From assembly GCA_017654855.1 (NCBI GenBank), contig JAFMPO010000001.1:806001-870000 (forward strand): a stretch of 64,000 bases of DNA, in the 5' to 3' direction. The stretch's first letter is position 1. Each line of letters begins with the position of its first letter. The notes under the pieces are model-generated. The model did no database searches. It was not told the origin of the DNA and saw only the letters and a program-made list of their open reading frames with translations. Made by a program: the position numbers and the translations under genes. The DNA is from Podospora anserina. Its lineage: Eukaryota. This document shows, one piece after another, positions 13,348 to 25,109 of this stretch.

Positions 13348-16300
13348 ATGACGATGACTTCACCCTTTAGCCACGACGGTGGTCGTCGGGCACGGCTCCA
13401 ACAGATCGCCGCCGCTTGGGGTATCCACCCAACCATTCCACCGGTAACAGTTCAACAGCGACCTCCCCAACGACGAACACCACAAGATGATTTTCAAGCA
13501 GAAGAGTTATTGAAGCGGCAAAGACTGAGCGCCTCTGCGGACGGCAACAAAAGTTCTCAAAATGCAAGCATCAAACGCGCTTTCAGCTCAAACAAAAAGC
13601 CCTCAGGAACCTGGGATCCCAACGAAATATTCGAGGCTCTAGACGCTCTGGTCACCAATCGAGGAGCACCAGGCGTTGCGGATGCCTTGATTGCCAAGCT
13701 GGTGAACGCGGGAGGAAATGTCAATGTGTCAACCATCAAAAACAAGACCAACCTGCTCACTCGGAGAAAAAGCTTGGAGAACTTGGAAAGAAGCAGAGTG
13801 CTGCAAAGGGCGGTTCAAAACCGGCACACCGACATGGTTGCTGTCTTGGTCCAGTATGCCGACCCCCTCACCCTGGATGCGGCGCTTCCTCTTGCGATAC
13901 GATCTGGGGATCTAGAAATGCTGGCCATGTTACTTCACCAAGGGGCCAACTCCACGCAAACTCAAGATGCCCAGGACGCCTTCAGGCAGCTCTGCATCAT
14001 GGGTGGCCATGCGGATCTAGTCGGCTTGATCTTGCAATCGGAAGGAAGGCCATCATCACAATGGATATCCATGTCCATGGTTGACGCTACACGTAAAGGC
14101 TGCTTCCATACAGTTATGAGGCTCAGCCGGTCGACAGCTGATGGGGACTACCACAAAGCCGAAGCGCTCAAGACGGCCATCTCCCAGTGCAGGGTCGATA
14201 TCGCTCTTGCCATCCTTACCGGTACAAAACCACCTACACAGGGTGGCCAGGGTGTTCTGGAAAGCTTTGCACAGTTGGTGGAACACCCCTCACTTGGTCC
14301 CAATGACAGACTTCCCTTCACCGAGGCCCTCCTCTGTGCTGGTGCTTCAGGGGAACCGATTGCGATGGCACTTGCTCAAGCTTCTGTCAACGAGTATTAT
14401 GATATGGTCGATTTACTCGTGTCTTATGGAGCTTCAATCGAGCACCAAGAGGCTGCCATTGTGCGGCACGCCTTGTCCACCGGACGAACTAGCTTGGCCC
14501 AGTTATTACTGAGCGAAAGGTCTACACTTAGCCCAGCATATGCCTCGGAATGCCTCGATAGCATACCGAAAACTATTGCACCCGAGGATCGGCATGCTAT
14601 GCTCAGTCTCCTGCTTCGAAAAGGGGCAAGCGGGCCCCGTCTACACGAAGTGCTTATCGATGCCGTAAAGGCCAACGACCTTCAATCTGCCCAACTGTTA
14701 CTTACCCCACAGTTTCCCGGTGGGCAGCCAGCCTCCAGTCACAATTTAGGAAACGGGAAGCATGGTTTGGTAGCTGTTAGACACGCGGTTGCGTCAGTTG
14801 ATCATAGGAATGGTCTGGCTTTGAGCATCGCGGTCCAGATGGGTCAGTTGCAAATGGTGAAACAGCTGTTGGCCGGTAGGCCAAGTACACAAACTCTGGA
14901 CCATATCTTTCCTCTCGTTCGAGCCCTTCAGCCGACGATTCGATATCAGATCGCCGAACAGTTTCTAACTGCGGGCCTGTCGAGCCCTTGTGTTTCGGTC
15001 GCTCTGCAAGAGGCGATCGAAGAACAGCCCCCACGCCGTGACGAAAACTTTATAAGCATGCTTCTCAGATTCAACGCCGACATCAATTTCAACGATGGTG
15101 CTGGCGTCTTGTCGGCTATAGCTATTCGGGATCTCCCTCTTCTAGAAAGGTTGCTCACAAATAAGCCAGCACCTCAAACAATGGCTGCTGCCGTCATGAA
15201 GGCTATGGAAGAGTCGGATAGGGAGACACGATATCGCATGCTTAGCCTGCTTGTTCCGAGTGCTGGTCGTGGTGAGACATCGCAAGCACTGGTACATGCT
15301 CTGGCCGTCAAGCCCGTGGATATGCAACTGGCCAGACTTCTCCTGGAACAAGGACGGGCAGATGCCAATTTCGACCATGGAGCATCTGTTACTTTAGGTA
15401 CGTGGTCATACGTTTTGTGTGTTCTTTGACGTCTCTGACATGAGGCAGCCATTAATGATCCTGAACCATCATTGCTGGAACTGGTCCTACAATATGGTGG
15501 CCCCAGTCCAGACACACTCTTTCAAGGGCTGGCCATGTTGTCAGAGGTGCCGACAAACCAAGTAAAAGCGGCCAAGGTTGACTCCATTCTTCGCCGAACA
15601 CGGGATAAGAACATCCTGAACGCCATACTTGTCAAAGAGGTCCAGACGCTTCTCAAGATAACACCAGAAAAGCGCCAACTTGGCGTCATCTCTTCACTTC
15701 TCGCAGCCGGAGCGGATGTAAACTCCAATAAAGCGGCCGCTCTCTCGTGCGCTGTGAAGGCGGCCGACTCTGCCATAGTCGACCTGTTATTCACCGTCAA
15801 CCCCAATGCTACATCACTCGCCGCGGCCCTCCCACAATCGCTCAATATTCTTGACCCCATGGATAGACTGACGTTCACCCAGAAACTGATAGAATCAGGA
15901 GCGCCAGGAGCCGAGGCCAACCGGGCATTGGTTTATGCAATCAATGCCCACCCGAACGACCTACCTCTTATTTCACTCCTTGCTACCCATGCGGATTCCT
16001 CTGGGGGCGACGCTCTCCTCACCGCCATCAAAAAGGAAAACCCTGAGATTGTACAGCTGGTGCTGGACAAGTCGTCCACGGTTTACTCGCAACAAGTACT
16101 GCAGGACGGGTTGGTGGATGCGCTCTTGGTTACAAACAAGACCAAAAGAGTGGCCATATGCAAGGCGCTGCTCGTTAAGGGGGTAAAGGGGCAGATTGTT
16201 TCTGATGCACTGCTGTCTGCTGCCTCAGACGGCGATATTGAGCTTGGAAGGGTTCTTTCCGACTACGGAGCAAGCGCTGATCACCGCGATGGACAAGCCA

Positions 16301-18960
16301 TTGTGGAGGCTTGTGGAGCAGGAGCTAAGGATGTGATGGAGATGCTTTTAAGAGGCCAAAGTGGTCAGGTCGGGGAGCAAACCCTTATCAAGGGGTTCCT
16401 GGCAGCGAGTCAGGTCGTTGATCTGAAGCGCCGGGAGGATGTGTTCCGCATCTTACTCCAAAAGGGGGTCAAAGGTGAGGTTGTGGACGCACAGCTTGTT
16501 TCGGCGGCCAAGTTTGGAGATGACGGCGAAGGGCTCGTGAGACTGCTGCTTCAGCATGGGGCAAGCGTGGACTACAATGCTGGAGAGGCTATCTGGAATG
16601 TCACGAGAGGGGCAAATATGGGGTGCTTGAAGCTTATGCTTGGCATCGATAGCGGCAGGGAACAGGAAAAGAAGCCAAACAAGGTGACCTTACTGCGGTC
16701 GCTCAAGGCAAGCAGAAAGCTGAGCAGGGACTCGAGGTTACAGGTTGTGGACTGGTTGTTTCAAGCCGGAATGCCGCCATGCGAGGAGGTCAACATCGCT
16801 TTGAACAGAGTCGTGAAGGAGGATCCAGATTTGCGGTTGGTTGGGCTGTTGCTCAAGAACGGGGCATCGCCGCTGTCTAATGGCTGCGAGACGCTGACGG
16901 ATGCAGCTCACATGCTGCTGGTGGATGTGTTACAGCTGCTTTTGGCGGGTGACATCCCACAGAAGGATGTGTCATGGACCTTCAAACAAGCGTTCACCCC
17001 ACAGGCATCGGTGACTTGGTTTACGGAGAAAGGTTTCCTGGTCGCGAAAATGTTACTCGCCAAGGGTGCAGAGGGGGAGAGCCTGACACTGGCGTTGATG
17101 ACGGCCATCGATGCATATGACACGGAGAAGGACGAGCTGGCGCGCAGATTCGCTAGTCTGCTACTTCAACACAAGGTTGACGTGTCTTACGAAGATGGCA
17201 TCGTGTTGCGAAAGGCGGCTCAGCGGGCAGATGCAGACCTTATTCGACAGGTCCTACAACAGAATCCGGATTCAAGAGCCGTTTCCCTCGCATTCGGCTA
17301 CATTTTCGACCATGCGGATCTATCGGAAGAAGACACCCTTCGACTCATCACTCTCTTCACCGAATATCACGATGGAGAGGAGAGGCTAGACGTCATGTTT
17401 CCACCCGCTGTCGGTACCGAACCAGTGCTATTCCGAGCCTTGAACAAGTTTCCGCGGTCTGCCAAAATCATGGAGACGCTGCTTGATGCGGGCTATTACC
17501 ACGATCAACTGACCACGATGAGAGTTATGGAGGATATTGACGAGGAAGAACAGGTCAATTTGCTATTCTGGGCCATTTCACAGCCACAGAAGCGGGTCAG
17601 CAATTCTGTCATTGAACTGCTGGTTATCCGTGGTGCAAAGGTGAATTTTGAGACCAAAATCTCCAAGACAACACCTCTCATGTTGGCTATCCGAGCCAAA
17701 AGGCAGGATGTGGTCAAATGTCTCATTCTCGCCGGTGCCGAGGTCGATGTGATGGATGTGACGGGCAACACGCCGATGACAATGGCAACTGAGATGGGTG
17801 GCGAACTGGGCACAAGCATCATGTCCAACATTTTGGCAGCTGATCCAAATGCAAGCCAGAATGATGGCTCTGTTCACAACGCGGCCAGGGAATTGAACCT
17901 ACAGGCCCTGAAGGTCTTGGTCGATTTTGGCCATGATGTCGACTTTCCCAGCACCCTGCATGGTGGTCGGAGTGCACTGGGAGAGCTATGCCTAAACGCT
18001 GCAAGCGGAGGCTCGCTGACAGCAAGTCAGGAAAAGCAAATGCAAAAGTGCATGAGTTATCTGATCAGGGAAGCTGGGTCAGATCTTACAATCCAGTGTG
18101 AGGGCAAGACCGTCCTACTGCTCGCGCTGGAGAGTCTGGATCCTATCGCCACAACAAGTGCCTTGCTGAAGACAGGGGTCTGGAAGTACATCAACGAGCC
18201 ATACAACCAGTTCACTGACGGGACATACACATACTCGCCATCGCAATATGTCCAGCGAGTCCTACCCAACATCAAAACCAAGGCTCGACTCTTGGAACTG
18301 CTCAAAGCCAACCGTTGCAAGGACGTCTTTTACGGCAACGACCCTGCCCAACCCCAACCAGAGGGCGCAATGAACCTGCCGCCCGAGCTTCTCCGAGCTG
18401 AACGTGAGCGTCGCGCCCTCGAGACTCGGATCCAAAAAGAAAAACAAGAACACAACGCCGCCCTGACCCGCCAAAAAGAAATCGCCGACTTCCAAAACCA
18501 GCTCTTCAAGACCCGCGCCGAGATCGAAGACTCCCGCACCCGCCGCATGCGCCAAGACGAGCTCGACTTTCACCAGACACGCCAAAGACAAGCTGATCAG
18601 GCCTTTGCGAAAGAGCTTCAGCGACGGAAGGCTGAGCGGGAGGCCAACGTGGAAGCTGAGCAGCGCCTGACCGAGGCTGGCTTGACGAGGGCGAGGCTGA
18701 TCAAGGAGGCGGAGCTTGAGATGGAGGAGAGGAAGCAGGAGAAGATGATTGACTATGCCAACCAGATGAGCTCGGTTAGGGTTCGGGAGAGAGAGGCGAT
18801 CGACCGGGTTGATGCTGCGTCCGAGGCGAGGATGACGAAGCGGCTTCAGGAGCATAGGAGGTTGGTAGAGGGGCAGAATCAGCTGGCTGGTAGACTGCAG
18901 AATGGGGTTGATGGGCAGGGGAGAAGGTTGGGGGGGTATATCACTGGGGAACTTGACTGA
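13348..18960 (+). CDS. Large (~1850 aa) ankyrin-repeat protein with C-terminal charged coiled coil; intron 15398-15448
   Basis: Many degenerate ANK units (LL..GA...., GADVN, TTPLMLAI, GNTPMTMA). The two ORFs join in frame via GTACGT...GGCAG; E/R/K/Q-rich tail. Confidence 0.88.
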
Positions 18961-19241
18961 GAGGAGTCTTTGGGTAGGTTCAGGGCGGACAGGGGGAGAC
19001 AAACAAAACAGTGAAAATGTACGGAGGTTCCGGAACAAAGACAGTGAACTTGCCTGTTACTTACTAAGCCTTCCTTTTTTTAAGCCTTAGCCCCGCTCCT
19101 AGCGAAACTATTATTAAAAATACTACCAATTTAACTACCTACTTTAAACTGACTTTTGCTACGCTTATCAAGCTACCCAGCGAAGGTGTTAATATAATTA
19201 AAATCGTCGTTTTTCGCTTTATCTATTTATTATAATTATAT

Positions 19242-19501
19242 TATGTTAAAAGAGGTGCTATTGATGCCTGTAAAATATAGGCTCAAATAGCTACCGGCGC
19301 AGTACGCTAAGAGTAAAGAAAACTTTGACTGCAGTATTCGATAGTAGCCGAGGCATTGAAGGAAGATGGATTGCAAGGACGGTGCCCTACAATATATAGA
19401 AGATAATTACTGTTATATAGGCTTGTGAGGCACTGTATAGATGTGGTGAACCAGTATATTGATTGAACTTAAAGACTAAGAAATATCACAGTGAACAGGG
19501 T
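19242..19501 (+). mobile_element. Left copy of a 260-bp repeat, probable DNA-transposon terminus fragment
   Basis: Reverse complement of 21276-21535; differences mostly transitions. Confidence 0.75.
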
Positions 19502-19502
19502 G

Positions 19503-19731
19503 TGAGGCAGAGGTCTTATAGGCCTTCGGTCTCTCAATCGCTCTTCGAAGCTCTCTCCGATCCCGGGCCCGAACGCCCGCTAAGTGCGCTAGCTAAAATA
19601 AGGTTACAGGCTACGTTGCGCTACTGTTTTCACCCTTGCAGGGCGCTAGCCTTGGCGTCCGGCTTCCCGGGACCTCGGATTGCTTCAGAGGGGCCGAGTT
19701 CCATTCCGGTTGCCGTGGTCCCTAAACCTCA
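19503..19731. mobile_element. Possible solo LTR (TGAGG...CCTCA)
   Basis: TG...CA ends with a 5-bp inverted repeat, abuts the transposon fragment; no clear TSD. Confidence 0.35.
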
Positions 19732-20291
19732 GTGAACACTGTTGATTCCAAGCAATTGTGTTGCCTTTGAAACCCTGTATTCTACAGGGCTCAGATACAC
19801 TGTAAAATCCACAAACAAAAGCTGTATTTCAACAATAACGCATCCGGGATCGTGCTGTGCTTGCCTGCGTGGTACTGGATCTGGAAGCGGAAGTCACTAA
19901 GTAACTCCGACCAGCGCACTTGCCTCTGGTTCAGCAGCTTCGTGGCTGTAAACTGGAAAGTATATGTTGGGATATGGTAAGGTGCGTTGTGGTAAGTTTG
20001 ACGCCACGTTGATCTAGATAGCTTGAAACTTTAACTTTACTGGATGTGATGTGTGACTCGGAGGTATACGAACTGTCTACCAAGCTGAGGCTGTTCTATA
20101 TAAAAGATGGCTTCTTCCCCGCTGTTAAGTCGCTCGAAAATAATCTTTCCTCACCACCATACCGCCAAATCAAATACCTTCTATCCGAGCGCTTCCCGAG
20201 AGTTTTGCCCAGATTCGTGTTGAAACCCACCGTTGATGCGTTAGCGATACCGCGCTTCAACTAACCGATTTCCACCCCAAAACAAAATGAA

Positions 20292-21276
20292 ATGCGGGCG
20301 GACGAATATATCGGGGGGTATAGAGATGCTATCGGCCCTGTAAATATAAGCTTGGTGGATGATGCGGGATGTTTACGATGGGCGTCAGTTACGGATGAGG
20401 AAATGCGCATAATCAAGTCACATTTACGTGATACGTTTGGTGTCTCAGCGATGGAGCTATGTGACCCATTTGTTGTACTCGATTACGATAGTACAGTTGC
20501 CGGAATAGGGACTCTTCCCCGTAGCGTTGGCGGGTTTGTACCGATTTGGCGGGATTTCGACGACGATTTTGCTTTCTGGCCATTATACGGTGAACATGGA
20601 CAAGGAGAACCATTTACTTCGGAAATATCAGGACTGGAAGACTTCAACGCGATTGATGGACCAACTTGGGACCAGATGGCACTGCTGGCGAATACACTGC
20701 TTCTCGACGCCGAAGCGATAGCATATATCTCCGGCATTCTCATCATCCAAACCCCATTAGTACCGGAGGACGAGTTCTTTGCTAAGCTACAAGACCGACC
20801 TCGATCGTATAGTAGATTTCCATGGGGAGTTCAATGGCACAACGGCCCCTTAATACCCACCGAAGCAAGGCGACGGCATAAAAACTCCCGACCCAACCGA
20901 ACTTATTACTATCGATGGAGAAACACGGTGCAAGAAAGAGGACAATACGGATTACATTTTGTTTGATGAGAAGTTTTACCCAGGGGCCCAAATCTCATCC
21001 ACCTCTTCAAGCGGTGCAATCTGGAGTAGCGTATCGGCAGGTGTACTGGTTCGGAAAGGGGTGGAACGGCGGGTGACTATACCCCGTCATACTTGGATGG
21101 ATCATGACAAAAAAAAGGCAAAGAACATCTTCGGGAGACAGATTGCTTGGAAGAAAAAACATTTTACAGAGCAATACAAGGCGACCCAGGCACGAAAGTT
21201 GGGTATCTACGAGAAGTAATCGGTGATACCGATATTGGACTGCTTAAACTGGATGACGGCATTGAGTTCGAGAATA
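20292..21276 (+). pseudogene. Frameshifted, TE-truncated fungal hypothetical gene, possibly with a trypsin-like fold
   Basis: Reading continues across two frameshifts (~20880, ~21110-21160): ...KTPDPTEL...FYPGA...SAGVLV...VTIPRHTW...VGYLREVIGDTDIGLLKLDDGIEFEN, then is cut at TA by the repeat. Confidence 0.6.
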
Positions 21277-21535
21277 CCCTATTTACTATAATATTTCTTA
21301 GTCTTTAAGTTCAATTAATATACTGGTTCACGACATTTATTTAGTGCTTCACAAGCCTATATAACAGTAATTACCTTCTATATATTGTAGGGCACCGTCC
21401 TTGCAATCCATCTTCCTTCAATGCCTCGGCTACTATCGAATACTGCAGTCAAAGTTTTCTTCACTCTTAGTGTACTGCGCCGATAGCTATTTGAGCCTAT
21501 ATTCTACAGGCTTCAATAGCACCTATCTCAACATA
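21276..21535 (-). mobile_element. Right copy of the 260-bp repeat, inverted relative to 19242-19501
   Basis: Begins TA|CCCT(A/G)TT(T/C)ACT(A/G)T; aligns over 260 nt with the left copy. Confidence 0.75.
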
Positions 21536-21562
21536 TTGTATATAAGTTTCCGCCATACTATA

Positions 21563-21729
21563 TGTCACAGTGCCGACCAAGGACTAGGGTGAGTGTCTTG
21601 TTATTGCGCGAGGGAAAGGAAAAGAGGAGCAAAGCTCCCTACGAAGCGGTGTCTAAATACAGCCGAAGCGGCGCTACTCCTCTCGTGCTCCACACCCTGT
21701 TCTCCCAAAGGCATCGCTCTGATACCGTG
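21563..21729. mobile_element. LTR-like fragment (starts TGTCACAG); 21631-21729 is repeated at 24770-24868
   Basis: 99-nt direct repeat; TGTCAC terminus typical of fungal LTRs. Confidence 0.6.
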
Positions 21730-22643
21730 GTTGAATTTGGAATAGGAGGACTCAGGTTATATGGAATAGATAGATCACCACCAGGTTTGTAGGGTTTATT
21801 TGGTATCACGGGCTTCATTTTCGGCGACGAGGAGGTCTGGTTTGGCTGTAGGCCTGCCTGGGAGGGGGTGTGGGAGGTATTGCTCCCGGAGGATTGGTTC
21901 AGACAGGTTGCTCCTAGGGCTTCGGCCCCGAGGCCCACAAATCAGTGTTGATAGGGATAGGTTTTTGCTCTCCGGAGTTGTTTGTTGAAGTACTTCAGAA
22001 TATCATCACCTTTTACATATCTCTGCTGGCGCCTGACACGATTGAGCCCCTAAAAATGCAAGTCAGGACGGCTGGTTCGTATTACAAGGTATGGTCTCAC
22101 AAACTCAAGGGGAAAAAGATGGTTGTTTTCTTCAGGCTATGTCTCAAACTCAAGCTTCCACTTTAAGGGCTCTTGGCGCACGAATTTCGTCAACCCAACG
22201 GATACAGACGCCAGTTTATAAGGGATCAGACGGGCGGGTTCTGGGTCTAGGTAGATGATGGCGGGAAGATTTTGGCGTACGACACGGGGAACTGTTCGCA
22301 GTAATGGCTAGAGTATGAAATTTGCAGCAGACAAATTGAAAGGTCCCGTGCTGACGCCGCCTTGCCGTGCCGGGTCCCAACATCCTGTTCCACATATGTG
22401 TGCACTGTGCCTGTTCGGATACCTGCAGGGCAAGGTGGGAGCGTTTGCTTGTTCATATTTGGTTCCGGCCCAGATTAAAAACTTTCCCTTCTCATTATCG
22501 CATCTTCCCTCTTTGCCAGTACAAGCGCAGTGTATCCACCTTAAGATGGACGAAGATGATGGCCAGCCTTTGCAGGTTGCCAGCCCTCCTCTCGTAAGCC
22601 GCGTACATTTGGCTTCCAGCCTCCCTCCTTGTATAGCACTAAC

Positions 22644-23350
22644 ATGGTCAAGGAATTCCGTATCGGTGGCCAGCTTGTCTTTGCTCAGACTTCCAAGTTA
22701 CTAGATCCGCGTCGTACCGTGTACCGCCTGCAGCTCAAACAGCCACTCTTTCTCCCATTAATCCAGTTTTTTGCCACTTGCTACCCTCGAATACGGACAT
22801 ACTACCCTGGATGGTTTCTCCCCCCGATAATCATTGTTAAAAACGAAAGGTGGGCTGGGAAGTCGAGTTCGATAGGGAGAAGCAGGTCTACGATGTCTTG
22901 AAACCGCTTCAGGGAACTGTCATCCCATATCTCTACGGCGAGGGAGTATATGATGGGTCATCGGCCTTGGTTCTATCATTCATCCGTGGAAAAACTATCT
23001 ACGAGCTCCTACGCGAGGGTAGATTACCCAAGGATAAGGACCTGGAAGCCCTACGCAACTGCCTTCAAGATGCTCTTCGAGCGCTAACGGTGTATGGAGT
23101 CGAGTATACTAACATGAAAACGGACAACTTCCTGCTCACAGACGATGGGCGAGCGACAGTTGTCGACCTTGAGCAGGCAGAGCTAAATAGAGCAAACGTC
23201 TGGGAAGGAAGTACCAACAACGCCAATGTTGATTACCTCATGTATCAATTAAGCGAGCCGCGCAGACTAGCACTTCGTCGATCCACTGGGCAAGGCCTGC
23301 TGCCCATCCCAGGCGCAGCTAAAGGCCAGCTCGTCCATTATCGCGGCTAA
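22644..23350 (+). pseudogene. Small atypical protein-kinase-like gene with a 1-nt frameshift near 22840
   Basis: MVKEFRIGG...PPIIIVK then GWEVEFDREKQVYDVLKPLQGTVIPYLYG...NMKTDNFLL...VVDLE (catalytic-loop and DFG equivalents); frame broken in an A5 run. Confidence 0.65.
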
Positions 23351-23428
23351 GTTGGCAGCGGCTGAGGCAAGCAGATATAGAACTTTATTTATCTATCTAT
23401 TCTATCTACATTTGGTGGAATCGTTGTC

Positions 23429-23650
23429 TATGGCGAGACCCCCGCATGGGATTTGAGCCTATGGTACCCGACGGGTCCCTGGGAGCCAGAGACGCCGAAC
23501 AATGCAAGAGATCCACGAGTTCCTCAAATCAGAAATCTGCATAGCCCAGGCCCGCCAGGAGGAATATGCTAATCGGAAACGCAAACCTGCCCGCAAGTAC
23601 TACGTCGGCTAAGAGGTTTGGCTCGCGGCCCGCAATATCATGTCAGACAA
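23429..23650 (+). mobile_element. Ty3/Gypsy integrase C-terminal relic
   Basis: Translates RDPRMGFEP...[45 protein letters not shown], the conserved post-core integrase segment; in-frame TAA at 23610. Confidence 0.75.
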
Positions 23651-24263
23651 GGGAAGCGTACGCATTTCACATTTTGATCGCCTACGCTAACATGTGTCGA
23701 AGAGCACTCCTAGACGCACGACTCCCTTTCACCATTATCGAAGGTTTCGCGATCTGAGTTAAATTTACGGAGGGACATTGGACCGAATCTGCGTTTACTA
23801 AGGGTCCTAACAGTTTACAAAGGCCATCAATACATTTAAGACTAACGTAACGGGCATGTACCCTGCGGAGGTTTGGCTCGCTATAGCAGTGATGGCGACT
23901 ACCATATAACCAGCTTATTACTCCTCTAAATTACTCTCAAAAACTACATCTACAATCTCATTATTCAATAATTCCCCTACTTAACTACTGGTCTGGGGTG
24001 CGGCCACAGGCCTGAGGGTATGTGTGAGGTAGTGGGGCTCGCGGAGGATTCAGGGGTTCAGGGGTCATGTATAAAAGTAGCCTACTTCTCGCATTCTACT
24101 TTAGAGAGATTATCGACTTTTTATTCTTTAAATTTCGTGCCTTACACGCGTGCAGAAGGATACTAGCCCTCTATTCAGGCCAATCCGGTGCTTATTATAT
24201 AGCTTGCGAGTCTATAGCGTCTTTTCTTTGTCCTACGTGAAGTGCGGCCTGCGAGCGAGTCGC

Positions 24264-24871
24264 TGTCACGAAGGTGTTTTATTCAGGGCCCAGTTGAGGG
24301 TATAGTTGTGGTATTGTGGTTTGTTGTGACCTTCCGGTAGGAGGGTCCGGTTGGGAGGCTCCGTGGGAGACTCGGAAGGAGGCTCACTTGGGAGATGTCC
24401 CTGTAGGGGGCTATCTGGGAGGTTCCAATATGCGGCTCACGATGCAGACACCGGAGGCGCACAATGGGGAGACTCTCGGGGAGAGTCTCTAGCGAAGGAG
24501 GATGCGGGGGGACTCTAACAAGCTGGTTTTACTATGGGAAAAACAGCTTGGGAGGGTCACTGGGCATGCTCAGCTGCCGTAGAAAAATAAGAAAAGTATA
24601 AATGCAAAGAAAACAAGATGCAAAAGAAAGGGTGTGACCTGTAATTGATGGTGAATTAAAGATGAGGAGCTCCATGATGAGCATCCCGAGGCAAGGCCTT
24701 TTAAACTACCAGAGTGAGAGTCCCAGACTAACGTGTGACCTTCCACCCGTGGCTCGGAGGGTCACAACAAAAGCTCCCTATAAAGCGGTGTCTAAATATA
24801 GCCGAAGCGGCGCTACTCCTCTCATACTCCATACCCTATTCTCCCAAAGGCATCGCTTTAATACCGTGACA
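24264..24871. mobile_element. Composite/nested solo-LTR block: outer TGTCACG...CGTGACA, inner TGTTGTGACC(T/C)TCCG...CGGAGGGTCACAACA (24322-24769)
   Basis: Two nested TG...CA terminal inverted repeat pairs (7 bp, and 15 bp with 1 mismatch); includes the RIP-like mutated copy of 21631-21729. Confidence 0.65.
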
Positions 24872-25105
24872 CTATAAGTACAATCAATGCGTACTATTAT
24901 AGGGCTCTTAGGCCTATATATGGGACATAACTCTTAATAATTAATAAAGTGATTAGTTATACTATAGTTTAACTATCATTTACTTGTACGTCAGGAGTTA
25001 GTAGTTAAAAGTAGGGTAGGTAACTAAATATTACGCGGCTAGTAAAGGAATAGTTTTAATTATCTAAATATATATTCAAGCCTTTAGTAATAGCTTAAAG
25101 GCTAT
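24872..25105. repeat. AT-rich, TpA-rich RIP-like decayed repeat remnant
   Basis: Sharp GC drop, abundant TA, few CA/TG. Confidence 0.5.
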
Positions 25106-25109
25106 ATGG

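Noticed and set aside
21714-21729. GCTCTGATACC resembling the reverse complement of a tRNA-iMet primer-binding site
   Set aside because: It lies inside the LTR-like terminus (TGTCACGGTATCAGAGC) rather than next to it, and lacks the TGG start
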